Source: Ascoidea asiatica JCM 7603 (Eukaryota; Fungi; Ascomycota). Taken from it: a stretch of DNA of 44,821 bases. Made by a program: the position numbers and the translations under genes. The stretch lies in assembly GCA_001600695.1 (NCBI GenBank), contig BCKQ01000020.1, positions 41,110-85,930 on the forward strand. Direction: 5' to 3'. This document shows, piece by piece, positions 36,010 to 44,821 of this stretch (positions are counted from its first letter, which is position 1; each line of letters begins with the position of its first letter). The notes under the pieces were generated by a model. It was given only the letters and a program-made list of their open reading frames with translations. It was not told where the DNA came from and searched no databases.

Positions 36010-36801
36010 TAACATAACATAATAATATTATAAATAAAAAATAAGCCCAATAAAAATTTATTACACTTATCAGCCGAATTACAACTACTCCAGAAAAATC
36101 AAATATTATACAGGCGCTGCACCTCAATTATCCGGAAATACCTCTCTTAACCGTAGTTTTTTCTTCAAAATCATCTAATTTATACCGTGTAGAAGAGTTT
36201 TGCATAGTTAACACACACCTTTTAACCGTAAAATTGGCCTTTTTTAATTGCGGTTAAAAAGTATTTTTGTATGAAAGCAAAGCTCATGCACCTCAAAATC
36301 CCGATAAAAAGGTTTAATTTCTTAACAGATTTCGATAATTATTTTGATAATTTAAGTTTTATACGAATCTATTTTCCAGCACTTTGTTTAGTATTATTTC
36401 TGCTAATTCACTAAATCCTATTTACTATTTATATTCTATAAATCGTTTGATTTTTTTTGTTTTTTTTAGTTATTTGAATCATCGAATTTTTCCCTACTAC
36501 ATAAGATAGTAATATTAGCCTGCCCTTATCAATTAACGATATTCTAATTTATTTAAAATTTTCTTAAATTTATCCCCGTTTATTTTTACTACTAAATATT
36601 TTTGATTATTATTTTTTCTTCGAAATGTTTTATTCACTCTATTTATTTTAAGTTTTTGATTATAAATCACTGATGTGAGTATAGGCCTTTTAATTACATT
36701 ACATATTAGTTTTATTAATTTATCTCCTGCTTTATGTTTATAAGAGGTTCAGTTGGGTGTGTACTCAGTCATGAAATCTCACAACGGGCCTTGGAACCCT
36801 T
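36010..36801 (+). mobile_element. Probable 3' non-coding arm and terminus of the hAT element
   Basis: Diverged direct repeat of ~24160-24973. Homology stops at AACCCT, which resembles the reverse complement of a CAGGGTT hAT TIR. It lies downstream of the hAT transposase. Confidence 0.55.
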
Positions 36802-38183
36802 GTAATCTGCACCTCCAATTACAACGGTAACGATACTCGGCGCCTCCATGGGATGGGTGATTGAAATGCCAAACTAATTACGAATTTTAAAATAAAAGAA
36901 GATAACAATAAAATTGGGCAGTCCATAGTTAAACTATTGTTATGGAAATCTTTTAAATAAATTGTATTTTCGAAAGGTTGTAGTAAATTGATGCGAAAGA
37001 GCAGACACAACTTTGTGAACAACAGAAAGTATATTATTACGTTCATGGAGAGTGTCATACATGAACTTAGCTTATTGGAATTTGATTTATCAAATATGGT
37101 TTTTAAACCTATATAATTTTGATTGAACAAATTGATCAATTTTGGATCCTCTGCAATTATTAGATTTTAACTATAATTTGTTTTTGATTTTTGGTTTATT
37201 TTATTTTTGGTTTTTAGTTTGTTTAATTGACGTTCTTGTTGTGACAATTAATGCATGTTGTGAAAGGGGTGCACAACTATGGTTTTTATTTTATTTCAAA
37301 CAATATTGTGGATGGAAATGAATTCAAAAAGCCTTATCTTTAAAAGGCAAGTTCAATACTGTATGGTAAACTTATTTTTATTTTTTAAAGTTGGTAGCGT
37401 TTTAGTTACATTTCTGTTTTCTGAAAGAGAAAAAGTAATTTTTGGCTGAAAAGTGGAATTGGTTCATTGGTTTCTTGAATCACATGAAATGCAATTTGGT
37501 TAGACTTAATCACCTTTGAAGGTTGGTTTTAAAAAATGATTTTATTATTGAGTTATTTGTTTGTTGGATTGAACTTTTATTTTTATTACTGCAAAGCTCG
37601 CTTGTGTTTGCCAGTTGTTTGGATTGGTGAGTTGGCTTATTCACATTCAATTTTGTGTTATTTCGTTTCTCTGATTTGGTTAGCAATTTGAGTGTGATTT
37701 AGTTTTCAAATTAATTTGATTTTTTTTTTTACAAATTAATTTTGTTTTCAGATTGATATAAGTAAGTTAAAAACATTTTATTAAATTAATCTAATTTAGT
37801 TATTCGTTTTCAAAAATTTTCTTAGTTTATTATATATAATTGTTTATTATTTTATTTGCATTTAATAACAGTATTTCATTACTGTTGTTATTTTATCAAT
37901 TTATTCTGTTAGTGAATCAAAGCTTTATTTAAGTTTACCTATTACATTAAAGTATTTTTGAATGCCTGGTTTAGGTCTGGAAAAAGGAAGTAGCTTTTTG
38001 TTTTCACAAATCGTTTTCATAAATAGTAAAATTGAAATTTATTTTGATAATTAATGGATTACTGATTTATATAAAGGGGATAAATTATATATGACACATA
38101 ATGCGGATTGACCTATTAGTGCTCAGTACAGACATTAAATTTCAACCTACGCCAAATTGATGTTTTCATAACTACAAACAACT

Positions 38184-38332
38184 GTCACATGTTGCAAAGG
38201 TCACATGCTCTGCCTGATTCCATTTGTCACAGAATGGCTTGTTGAACGTGATTTAAATGCTCCTATCCTAAATTTTTACCACTAATTGCAACAGAACCAA
38301 AAATTGGTTGAAGTTTGTTAGTTTTCCACGTG
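38184..38332. promoter_or_regulatory. bHLH E-box cluster upstream of the J-domain gene
   Basis: GTCACATG twice (38184-91, 38200-07; Cbf1-type RTCACRTG) and CCACGTGG around 38327-32, 340-490 bp before the ATG. Confidence 0.35.
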
Positions 38333-38671
38333 GATTTAATAAATTTCCCAAAAGGGTTTTTAGTGCATAATCTCCCTTGGCATTTAGATATTTGTTATTA
38401 AACAAATATCTATTTTGCTAATTGGTGTTTTATTTTTGTAATATTTTTTTACACTTGTTATAGAACAAAAAACACCTTTGTAAATGTTTGTTAAAGGGAG
38501 AAAATCTAAATTGTGATTATTGTTGTTAGTTCTCCAGCGATGTGATTCTAAAAATTTTGAGTAATATATATATATATTGGTTTAGAATTATTTACTGATA
38601 AAAATGTTTATTACTCAGTTTCAATTTTTTCTATAGATAATTACAGTTGAAGTCAAGTATCCTTACAGAAA

Positions 38672-40390
38672 ATGATTTCTAATACTTTAAACTCAGATTT
38701 TCTTCCTAATAAGACTTCAAGGATAGATTCTTTTAATGAGAACATATATCCATTGTCAAGAGCTGAATTGTTTATTTATTTAAATTTACCTCCGAATACA
38801 ACAGATTTATCGTTAGTAGAAAGAGAACATAAAAGGATTTTATTGTTGATTCATCCAGATAGGATTTCCATCAAGAGTAAGGATAATCAGATATTGTTCA
38901 AAAGATATTATCCAGCATTTAAAAAACTTGAAATTGAATTGGTTCAGGTACAAATCGATAAAGAATTAAAACAAAAGGAAGTTATAAATCATGAAATCAG
39001 TTCGAAATTAATTTCAGATTTTACTCAAATAGCTGCCTCACAACTATGTCAGCAGTCAAAGTTGAGCAATAAAGCAGATGAATTAAATTCTAAAATAGAT
39101 AATATTGATAATAATTTTGATGATTCTAAAGATTATGATACTGATAATAATATTTGCGAAGTTAATAGAAATAATGTTACTAAGTATTCAAATTTATCAT
39201 CAACTTCGAATGTCAACCGAAATTCAACTTCAAGATTTAATACCATTGACATAAAAACAGATTTCAAAAAAGTTTTAGATTCTTATAACAATTCATATAA
39301 TGATAAAAGAAATAGTAGAACTAAAACTGTGAATTCTAGCATATCAATTAACTCTAACAATTCAAATTTAAATCCTGATTTCTCAGGTCCATGCACAATT
39401 CAACAATTCATACATTATTATATTAAGAAATTGAATTATCAATCTTTTCAAATTAATAATACTGAATATTTAAGAACTAAAACTAATTATTCCAAAGTTC
39501 CAAGAGGTGAAAGTGGTAATTGTACAATCCAAGCTTTATTTTTCAGATATAGATTATATTTTGATTATAAAGTATTAAATAAATCATCTTCTTTTGATAA
39601 AAAATATAAATTAAGGTATACTCTAGATTTATCTCAAATTCCAAAATTTAATATCATTAAAACTTTAATTTATAGATATGAAGAATTACCTTCAAAGCCT
39701 TTGAAATATAAATCATTTTTCACACATGCCTTTTTTGATATTAATTTATTAGAATTTTCAGTTTTTAAAATCAAGTCTAACTTTCTATTTAAAAAAGATT
39801 ATATCTCAAATCTCAATGATGATTATGATATTAATGAAAATAAAATTAATAATAATAATAATAATAAGAATAATAATAATAATAATAATAATTATAATTA
39901 TAATAACAATAATGAAATTTTACATATAAATTCAAATTCAATAAAAATCAATCATTTATTTGATTCATCATCATTAAAAATTGAATTGAAAATTAATTCC
40001 ATTAATTCACTTTTTAATCATTCTTTTTTAATTAGATCAAATGATAATCATGAAGAATTAATTATAAAATCAAAAAAAAATTTTAAAGGTAATTTAGATT
40101 TTATTAAAAATAAAAAAATTTCTTTAAATTCAATTTTTTTATCAAATGATATTATTATTCCAAATATTTTAATTAGATTATTAGGTAGATTTATTTTAAT
40201 TAATAATAAATTCATTTATAGAATTGAATTAAATCATTTTAATAGAGAATATATTTATTCATTAAAGGATAAAATTTCAAATAATCAAATTGATAATATA
40301 TATAATATTAAATCATATTCTGATTTTTTATCAAATACTAAAAATGAATTTAAAGATATTGGTGATTTTATAATTGATTTTGAATATTAA
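38672..40390 (+). CDS. 572-aa protein with N-terminal J-domain (HPD) and uncharacterised Asn-rich C-terminal region
   Basis: Long intact ORF with AAAATG context. Residues 28-86 LSRAELFIYLNLPPN..LSLVEREHKRILLLIHPDR...FKRYYPAFKKL fit the J-domain helix pattern; poly-Asn tract near 39845-39912. Confidence 0.85.
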   Translation: MISNTLNSDFLPNKTSRIDSFNENIYPLSRAELFIYLNLPPNTTDLSLVEREHKRILLLIHPDRISIKSKDNQILFKRYYPAFKKLEIELVQVQIDKELKQKEVINHEISSKLISDFTQIAASQLCQQSKLSNKADELNSKIDNIDNNFDDSKDYDTDNNICEVNRNNVTKYSNLSSTSNVNRNSTSRFNTIDIKTDFKKVLDSYNNSYNDKRNSRTKTVNSSISINSNNSNLNPDFSGPCTIQQFIHYYIKKLNYQSFQINNTEYLRTKTNYSKVPRGESGNCTIQALFFRYRLYFDYKVLNKSSSFDKKYKLRYTLDLSQIPKFNIIKTLIYRYEELPSKPLKYKSFFTHAFFDINLLEFSVFKIKSNFLFKKDYISNLNDDYDINENKINNNNNNKNNNNNNNNYNYNNNNEILHINSNSIKINHLFDSSSLKIELKINSINSLFNHSFLIRSNDNHEELIIKSKKNFKGNLDFIKNKKISLNSIFLSNDIIIPNILIRLLGRFILINNKFIYRIELNHFNREYIYSLKDKISNNQIDNIYNIKSYSDFLSNTKNEFKDIGDFIIDFEY

Positions 40391-40809
40391 AATAAAATCT
40401 TAGCTTGAGAAAATTAAATTCAAAATTATATATGGCTTACAGTTATATAACCTAGAATTGTTTCAATTATTCTCATAAGAAATGGTTAAGTTTGAAATAA
40501 AACTAGTAACTAAGCAATAGGTAAGTTTATTTTTTACCTTGAGATTTATTGATTATCAAATGGAACTGAAGACTTGTTAAAAAACACACTCCTTTAAAAC
40601 TGAGAACAAGTACTGATCCTGCAGTTAGTTTAATTTAAATTAGATATATAACATTTTCATTCTTAATAAGATAATAAGAGAATAAACTAAAATCATTGGT
40701 TTATTCTTCATATAACTTTGAAATCCTTTAAAAAATAATAACTTCTGATAGTCATTTACTCTGAATAAATTGAAATGCTATAAACCCATGCATATGGTCT
40801 CAGTCCTTC

Positions 40810-40961
40810 CACGTGGCTAAGTAAAGTTTACTACCAAATAGCTTAAGTCCGAAGCCCGAGCAACTGCAGTCGGAATAAAACTTGAACTTGCTTATTTCGG
40901 AACATTTCAGCCCGGATTATTGCTGTTTAAGCTTTTGCCTCGGTTCCCCCGCGTCCACGTG
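40810..40961. promoter_or_regulatory. Two Pho4-type CACGTG boxes in a GC-rich UAS island upstream of GIT1
   Basis: CCACGTGG (core 40810-15) and CCACGTGC (core 40956-61) sit in the only GC-rich patch of the intergenic region; yeast GIT1 genes are known PHO-regulon targets. Confidence 0.65.
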
Positions 40962-41938
40962 CGCCTTGTGAAGGTTTTAACTTCTGCGCGCTGAACCCAT
41001 TTGTGCTTCTGCGCAGAGGACTGGATAAACACTTCTTACACTTTTCAATTGTACAGCACTCAAGTTCTATTAACTAAGTGAAATTGCTTGAAGTGAAATA
41101 GACCTTTTTATATATTATTTTATTGCAAATCGCAATCAATAGCTTGTTTAATATTACTAATAGTAATGATTGATTCTCTAGGACTAAATCCAAATTTTGT
41201 GACCTTATCAGTTTAAAAGAATTTGAATTATTCCAGATAAAGCTTGAGCTGGTTTCATTATCTTTTTAGTATATTTTTTCTTTACATTCAATTTGCCGTA
41301 TCAATATAATTTTACGCATATTTAAATCAAGCTAAATTTTTAAAAAATTCATTATCTAATCTATTTCTAAGATAATCAAGAATATGATACAAAAAATGAT
41401 ATAATTGCTATAACTTATACTCCGTAAAAAAACATTGCGAAATATTCTCTCAGAATTTAATATTTTCTACTCTCATTTTATAAATTTTATAATAAATTTT
41501 ATATTTAATCAAATTGGATAACTAACTACTATTTTTATAATAATAATTTCTTTTCTCTCTAAGAATATTACTTTGCTTGTAATAAACAGCAAGGAAACTG
41601 TATATTTTGAAAAAGAAAAGTAATATAAACACTATAAAATAATGTTAAATAAGCTTTAAAATTAAAAAATGTGTTTTAATATGTCTCAAATTTTGATTTT
41701 AAGTTTCTTTAATTATCTTTAGAAGTAATTCATTACTCTTTTATTTGCTATCTAGAATTTCATAATATATTTTCTAGAATATAAATACTTATAAGTAAGT
41801 AAGTATATAAAGCTCATTAATACCTTTTATTTATCATTTCAATCCTATTTCTTATATCAAAATATATAATTATTTTGTTTTATTTACTCCAACTAATTTT
41901 ATTTTTTATTTCCTAATAATTAACATATATAAAATATA

Positions 41939-43570
41939 ATGTCTGAAGGTTGGAAAAGAGATTTACCAAAATCTTTTAAAAATTTTGCATTTGGTTGGAA
42001 AGAATATGCTAAAAAAGAAATTGTAATAACTAAAGAAGCAAGATTAAAAGATTCTCAAGAAGATGATATTGATATTAATAATAATCATGAATTAATTAAA
42101 GATAAATTAACTGAATCTAAAATTCATAAAAAATCAGAAATTATATGGACTGTAGCAACTGCAGGTGCAGGTTTATTTTCTGATGGTTATGTTAATAATT
42201 CTATTGGTACTGCTTCAACATGTCTTGCAATTTTATATCCAAAAGAATATGCAAATTCTAATGCAATTTCAAATGTTTCTTCAATTGCTTTTGCTGGTAC
42301 TGTTTTAGGTCAATTAATTTTTGGTTATATTTCTGATAAAATTTCAAGAAAATCTGGAATGTTAATAAGTTCAGGATGTTTAATAATTTTTACAATTTTA
42401 TGTTCTGCTTCTTGGGGTTATAAAGGTAGTATAGATGGTATGTTAGCTGCTTTAACAGCTTGGAGATTTTTTTTAGGTGTATTTATTGGTGCTGAATATC
42501 CAACTGGTTCAATTGCTTGTTCAGAAGCTTCAAATATGTTACCAAGAAGAAATAGAAATAGATATTTTATTTGGTTTACAAATTTTTCAATAGATTGGGG
42601 TTTTGTAATTTCTTCATTTGTACCAATGGTTTTATTATGGATTTGTAGTTCAAAACATTTAACACCAGTTTGGAGAATAACTTTAGGTTTAGGTGCAATT
42701 CCTCCAGCTTCATTATTTTTTATGAGATTAAAATTTAAAGAAAATGAAAATTTTGAAAAAATGAAATTTTCTAAAACTCAAATACCATATTGGTTAACAA
42801 TTAAATTTTATTGGTTTAGAGTTTTAATTTTAAGTTTAATTTGGTTTATTTATGATTTTAGTGTTTATGCATTCGGTATTTATAGTTCTTATATTTTAGC
42901 TATTGTTATTCCAGATAGTGATTTATATAAAACTTTTGGTTGGAATGTTGTTTTAAATTTATTTTATATTCCAGGTTCATTTTTAGGTGCTTATGCAGCA
43001 GATTATTTAGGTCCAAGATTTACTTTAGTTATTGGTGTTTTTTTACAAGCAATTGTTGGTTATATAATGGCAGGATGTTATTCACATTTATTAAATCATA
43101 TTGCTGCATTTGTTGTAGTTTATGGAATTTTTTTATCTCTTGGAGAATTTGGTCCAGGTGATAATATTGGTTGTTTAGCTTCAAGAACTGCTGCAACTCC
43201 AGTAAGAGGAACAGTTTATAGTATTTGTGCAGCAATGGGAAAAATTGGTGCATTTGTTGGAACTTATGTATTTCCAGTAATTATAAGACGTGCAGGTGGT
43301 TATAATACAGTTAGTGGATTACAAGCACCATATTGGGTTGCAAGTTCATTATGTATATTTAGTGCATTTTTAGCATTATTTTTAATTCCAGATGTTTCAC
43401 CAAGTGTTATGAAACAAGAAGATCAAAAATTTTTAAATTTTTTACAAGAATCTGGTTATGATATTAATCAATTAGGTATTGAAAAAATTATTGATGAAGA
43501 AAAAAATTTAGATAATGATAATGTAAAGGTTATTGATGAAACTATTGATGATAAAAATGCATCAAATTAA
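41939..43570 (+). CDS. GIT1: Glycerophosphoinositol/glycerophosphodiester permease (MFS, Git1 family)
   Basis: 543 aa with ~12 hydrophobic segments. Motifs AGAGLFSDGYVN, GQLIFGYISDKISRK, RFFLGVFIGAEYP, GEFGPG and RG..Y.I.AA.GKIGAFVG are typical of Git1/Pho84-like permeases. Exact paralogue not determinable. Confidence 0.92.
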   Translation: MSEGWKRDLPKSFKNFAFGWKEYAKKEIVITKEARLKDSQEDDIDINNNHELIKDKLTESKIHKKSEIIWTVATAGAGLFSDGYVNNSIGTASTCLAILYPKEYANSNAISNVSSIAFAGTVLGQLIFGYISDKISRKSGMLISSGCLIIFTILCSASWGYKGSIDGMLAALTAWRFFLGVFIGAEYPTGSIACSEASNMLPRRNRNRYFIWFTNFSIDWGFVISSFVPMVLLWICSSKHLTPVWRITLGLGAIPPASLFFMRLKFKENENFEKMKFSKTQIPYWLTIKFYWFRVLILSLIWFIYDFSVYAFGIYSSYILAIVIPDSDLYKTFGWNVVLNLFYIPGSFLGAYAADYLGPRFTLVIGVFLQAIVGYIMAGCYSHLLNHIAAFVVVYGIFLSLGEFGPGDNIGCLASRTAATPVRGTVYSICAAMGKIGAFVGTYVFPVIIRRAGGYNTVSGLQAPYWVASSLCIFSAFLALFLIPDVSPSVMKQEDQKFLNFLQESGYDINQLGIEKIIDEEKNLDNDNVKVIDETIDDKNASN

Positions 43571-43794
43571 TTAGAAATGAATTATGACTATTCATTGTTT
43601 TTTTTTTTATCTGTCTTACTTTTTTTTATTCCATATACAGTATATTACTTAGTTAATTAAATATACATTTTTTTGCCTTTTTTTGTCTAAGATAGAACCT
43701 AAAATTTAGAAATTATGTGAAAGCAATAAAGAAAGTGAAAAGCACATTTTTTTCAAGCCGTCACTATTTTGACTTTCAATTAGAAGTATATATT

Positions 43795-43876
43795 GGTAAC
43801 CTGGCCGAGTGGTCTAAGGCGCCAGGTTAAGGTCCTGGTCTCTTCGGAGGCGCGAGTTCGAACCTCGCGGTTATCA
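43795..43876 (+). tRNA. tRNA-Leu, anticodon AAG (IAG), intronless
   Basis: Acceptor GGTAACC/GGTTATC+A; D-arm TGGCCGAGTGGTCTAAGGC; anticodon stem CCAGG/CCTGG with loop TTAAGGT (AAG at 43829-31); long variable arm CTC-TTCG-GAG; T-arm GCGAG-TTCGAAC-CTCGC. Confidence 0.97.
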
Positions 43877-43880
43877 TTAA

Positions 43881-43887
43881 TTTTTTT
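43881..43887 (+). terminator. Pol III poly-T terminator of tRNA-Leu
   Basis: T7 run 4 nt after the discriminator base. Confidence 0.85.
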
Positions 43888-43989
43888 ATTTTTAATTTTA
43901 ATTTTATTTTCAATTGCATATATTAATATATTAGTTTTTATCAGAATAATCATTAATTACTTAAATATATATTATAGATATAGTTAATG

Positions 43990-44500
43990 AAAGAGCTCTT
44001 GAATAACTTACAGATATTCTTGATTTTCTAAATCGATTGAACCACTATTATTTCTTGATTCAATTTCATTATTACTAATACATATTGTAGAAAAAACATA
44101 TAAAAAAAATTAAAAATTCAACAATTGCAGCTGGATATAATTGGAATTCTAAAAAATAAATAATATTAAAATGAAGGATTGAAATTATTGTTCAACTCTT
44201 TAATGGCAAATTATCCAACGAATATTCTTAAGATATACAACATGAAAGTTTCTTTGATTCTTCCATAGTGTTAAGTATGGTGTTATCTAATCATTTTATT
44301 CTCTTCTTCTTCATAATCTCCACAAATAAATACTATACCAGCAGTACTCCAGTTCAATTCATTATCAGTTTTACTTACAGTCTATTGAAGTGTCCAACTA
44401 CTGAAGTATTAATTCCAATGTGTATGTAAAATAATAAATCATCATATTCTAATTCAATCATTGATAAACCAACTTCAACATTTAAATCCATCTTATAGAA
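43990..44500 (-). pseudogene. Possible decayed membrane-protein gene fragment
   Basis: Minus-strand frames with scattered stops read WSTAGIVFICGDYEE..., FQLYPAAIVEFLIFF and a polar tail SNNEIESRNNSGSIDLENQE; family not recognised. Confidence 0.2.
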
Positions 44501-44770
44501 ATCCACTTTCTTTCATACAATTGTGTTATTTCCTATTCGAGCGTCAATTTTTTTGAAATTCGAAAAAGCTTAAACTAGATTGCTACTTCTCTTAACTATG
44601 TGTTTGTTCTGATATAAAACAATAAATAGGTCTATTTTATTCTATTCATATTTCTTTTTATTATAATTTTATTGGCTTGTTTTACAGAATTTGCTTCATG
44701 ATACCGAAAAAACATTCATTGCTAAATAAAATAACTTTTTTTATGTTTTTTTAATTCATTGCTAACCCAG

Positions 44771-44800
44771 CTTAACAGAGTTTAACAGAGTTTAACAGAT
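44771..44800. repeat. 10-bp tandem repeat TTTAACAGAG x3
   Basis: Directly readable. Confidence 0.85.
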
Positions 44801-44821
44801 CAAAATTCATATTTTTAAATA

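Noticed and set aside
38184-38332. Point centromere (CDEI-CDEII-CDEIII)
   Set aside because: GTCACATG matches CDEI but is not followed by a highly AT-rich CDEII tract and a CCGAA CDEIII.
42940-43253. Short ORFs nested in GIT1
   Set aside because: Alternative-frame shadows of the permease gene.
43793-43987. 64-aa ORF
   Set aside because: It overlaps the tRNA-Leu gene; spurious.

Overview
Very AT-rich eukaryotic DNA, most likely from a budding yeast (Saccharomycotina). This is inferred from an intronless GIT1-type permease, a eukaryotic tRNA-Leu(AAG) and near-total A/T codon endings. Only the last ~6 kb holds clearly intact host genes: a 572-aa orphan protein with an N-terminal Pam18-like J-domain (38672-40390), a GIT1-like glycerophosphodiester MFS permease with two upstream Pho4-type boxes (41939-43570), and tRNA-Leu(AAG) (43795-43876). 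The first ~38 kb has no recognisable conserved gene and is a nested transposon graveyard. Its centrepiece is a decayed but nearly complete CACTA/EnSpm (CMC) DDE transposase (~12130-15520), followed by a 12-bp repeat cluster and a TAGTG end motif. Next come a 1016-bp fold-back MITE with TA duplication (16090-17105) and a decayed ~1400-codon orphan ORF (17398-21726). The region also holds a hAT transposase pseudogene (~33400-35470) with a related non-autonomous copy, a Ty1/copia RT-RNaseH relic, two LTR-like families each present as an inverted pair, a small TIR element, a possible Helitron relic and one apparently intact ~180-aa orphan gene (8372-8966). The best candidate for an undescribed system is the CACTA-type element and its possible giant companion ORF, since I know of no description of this superfamily in budding yeasts. 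All alignments and translations were done by eye; no database searches were run.
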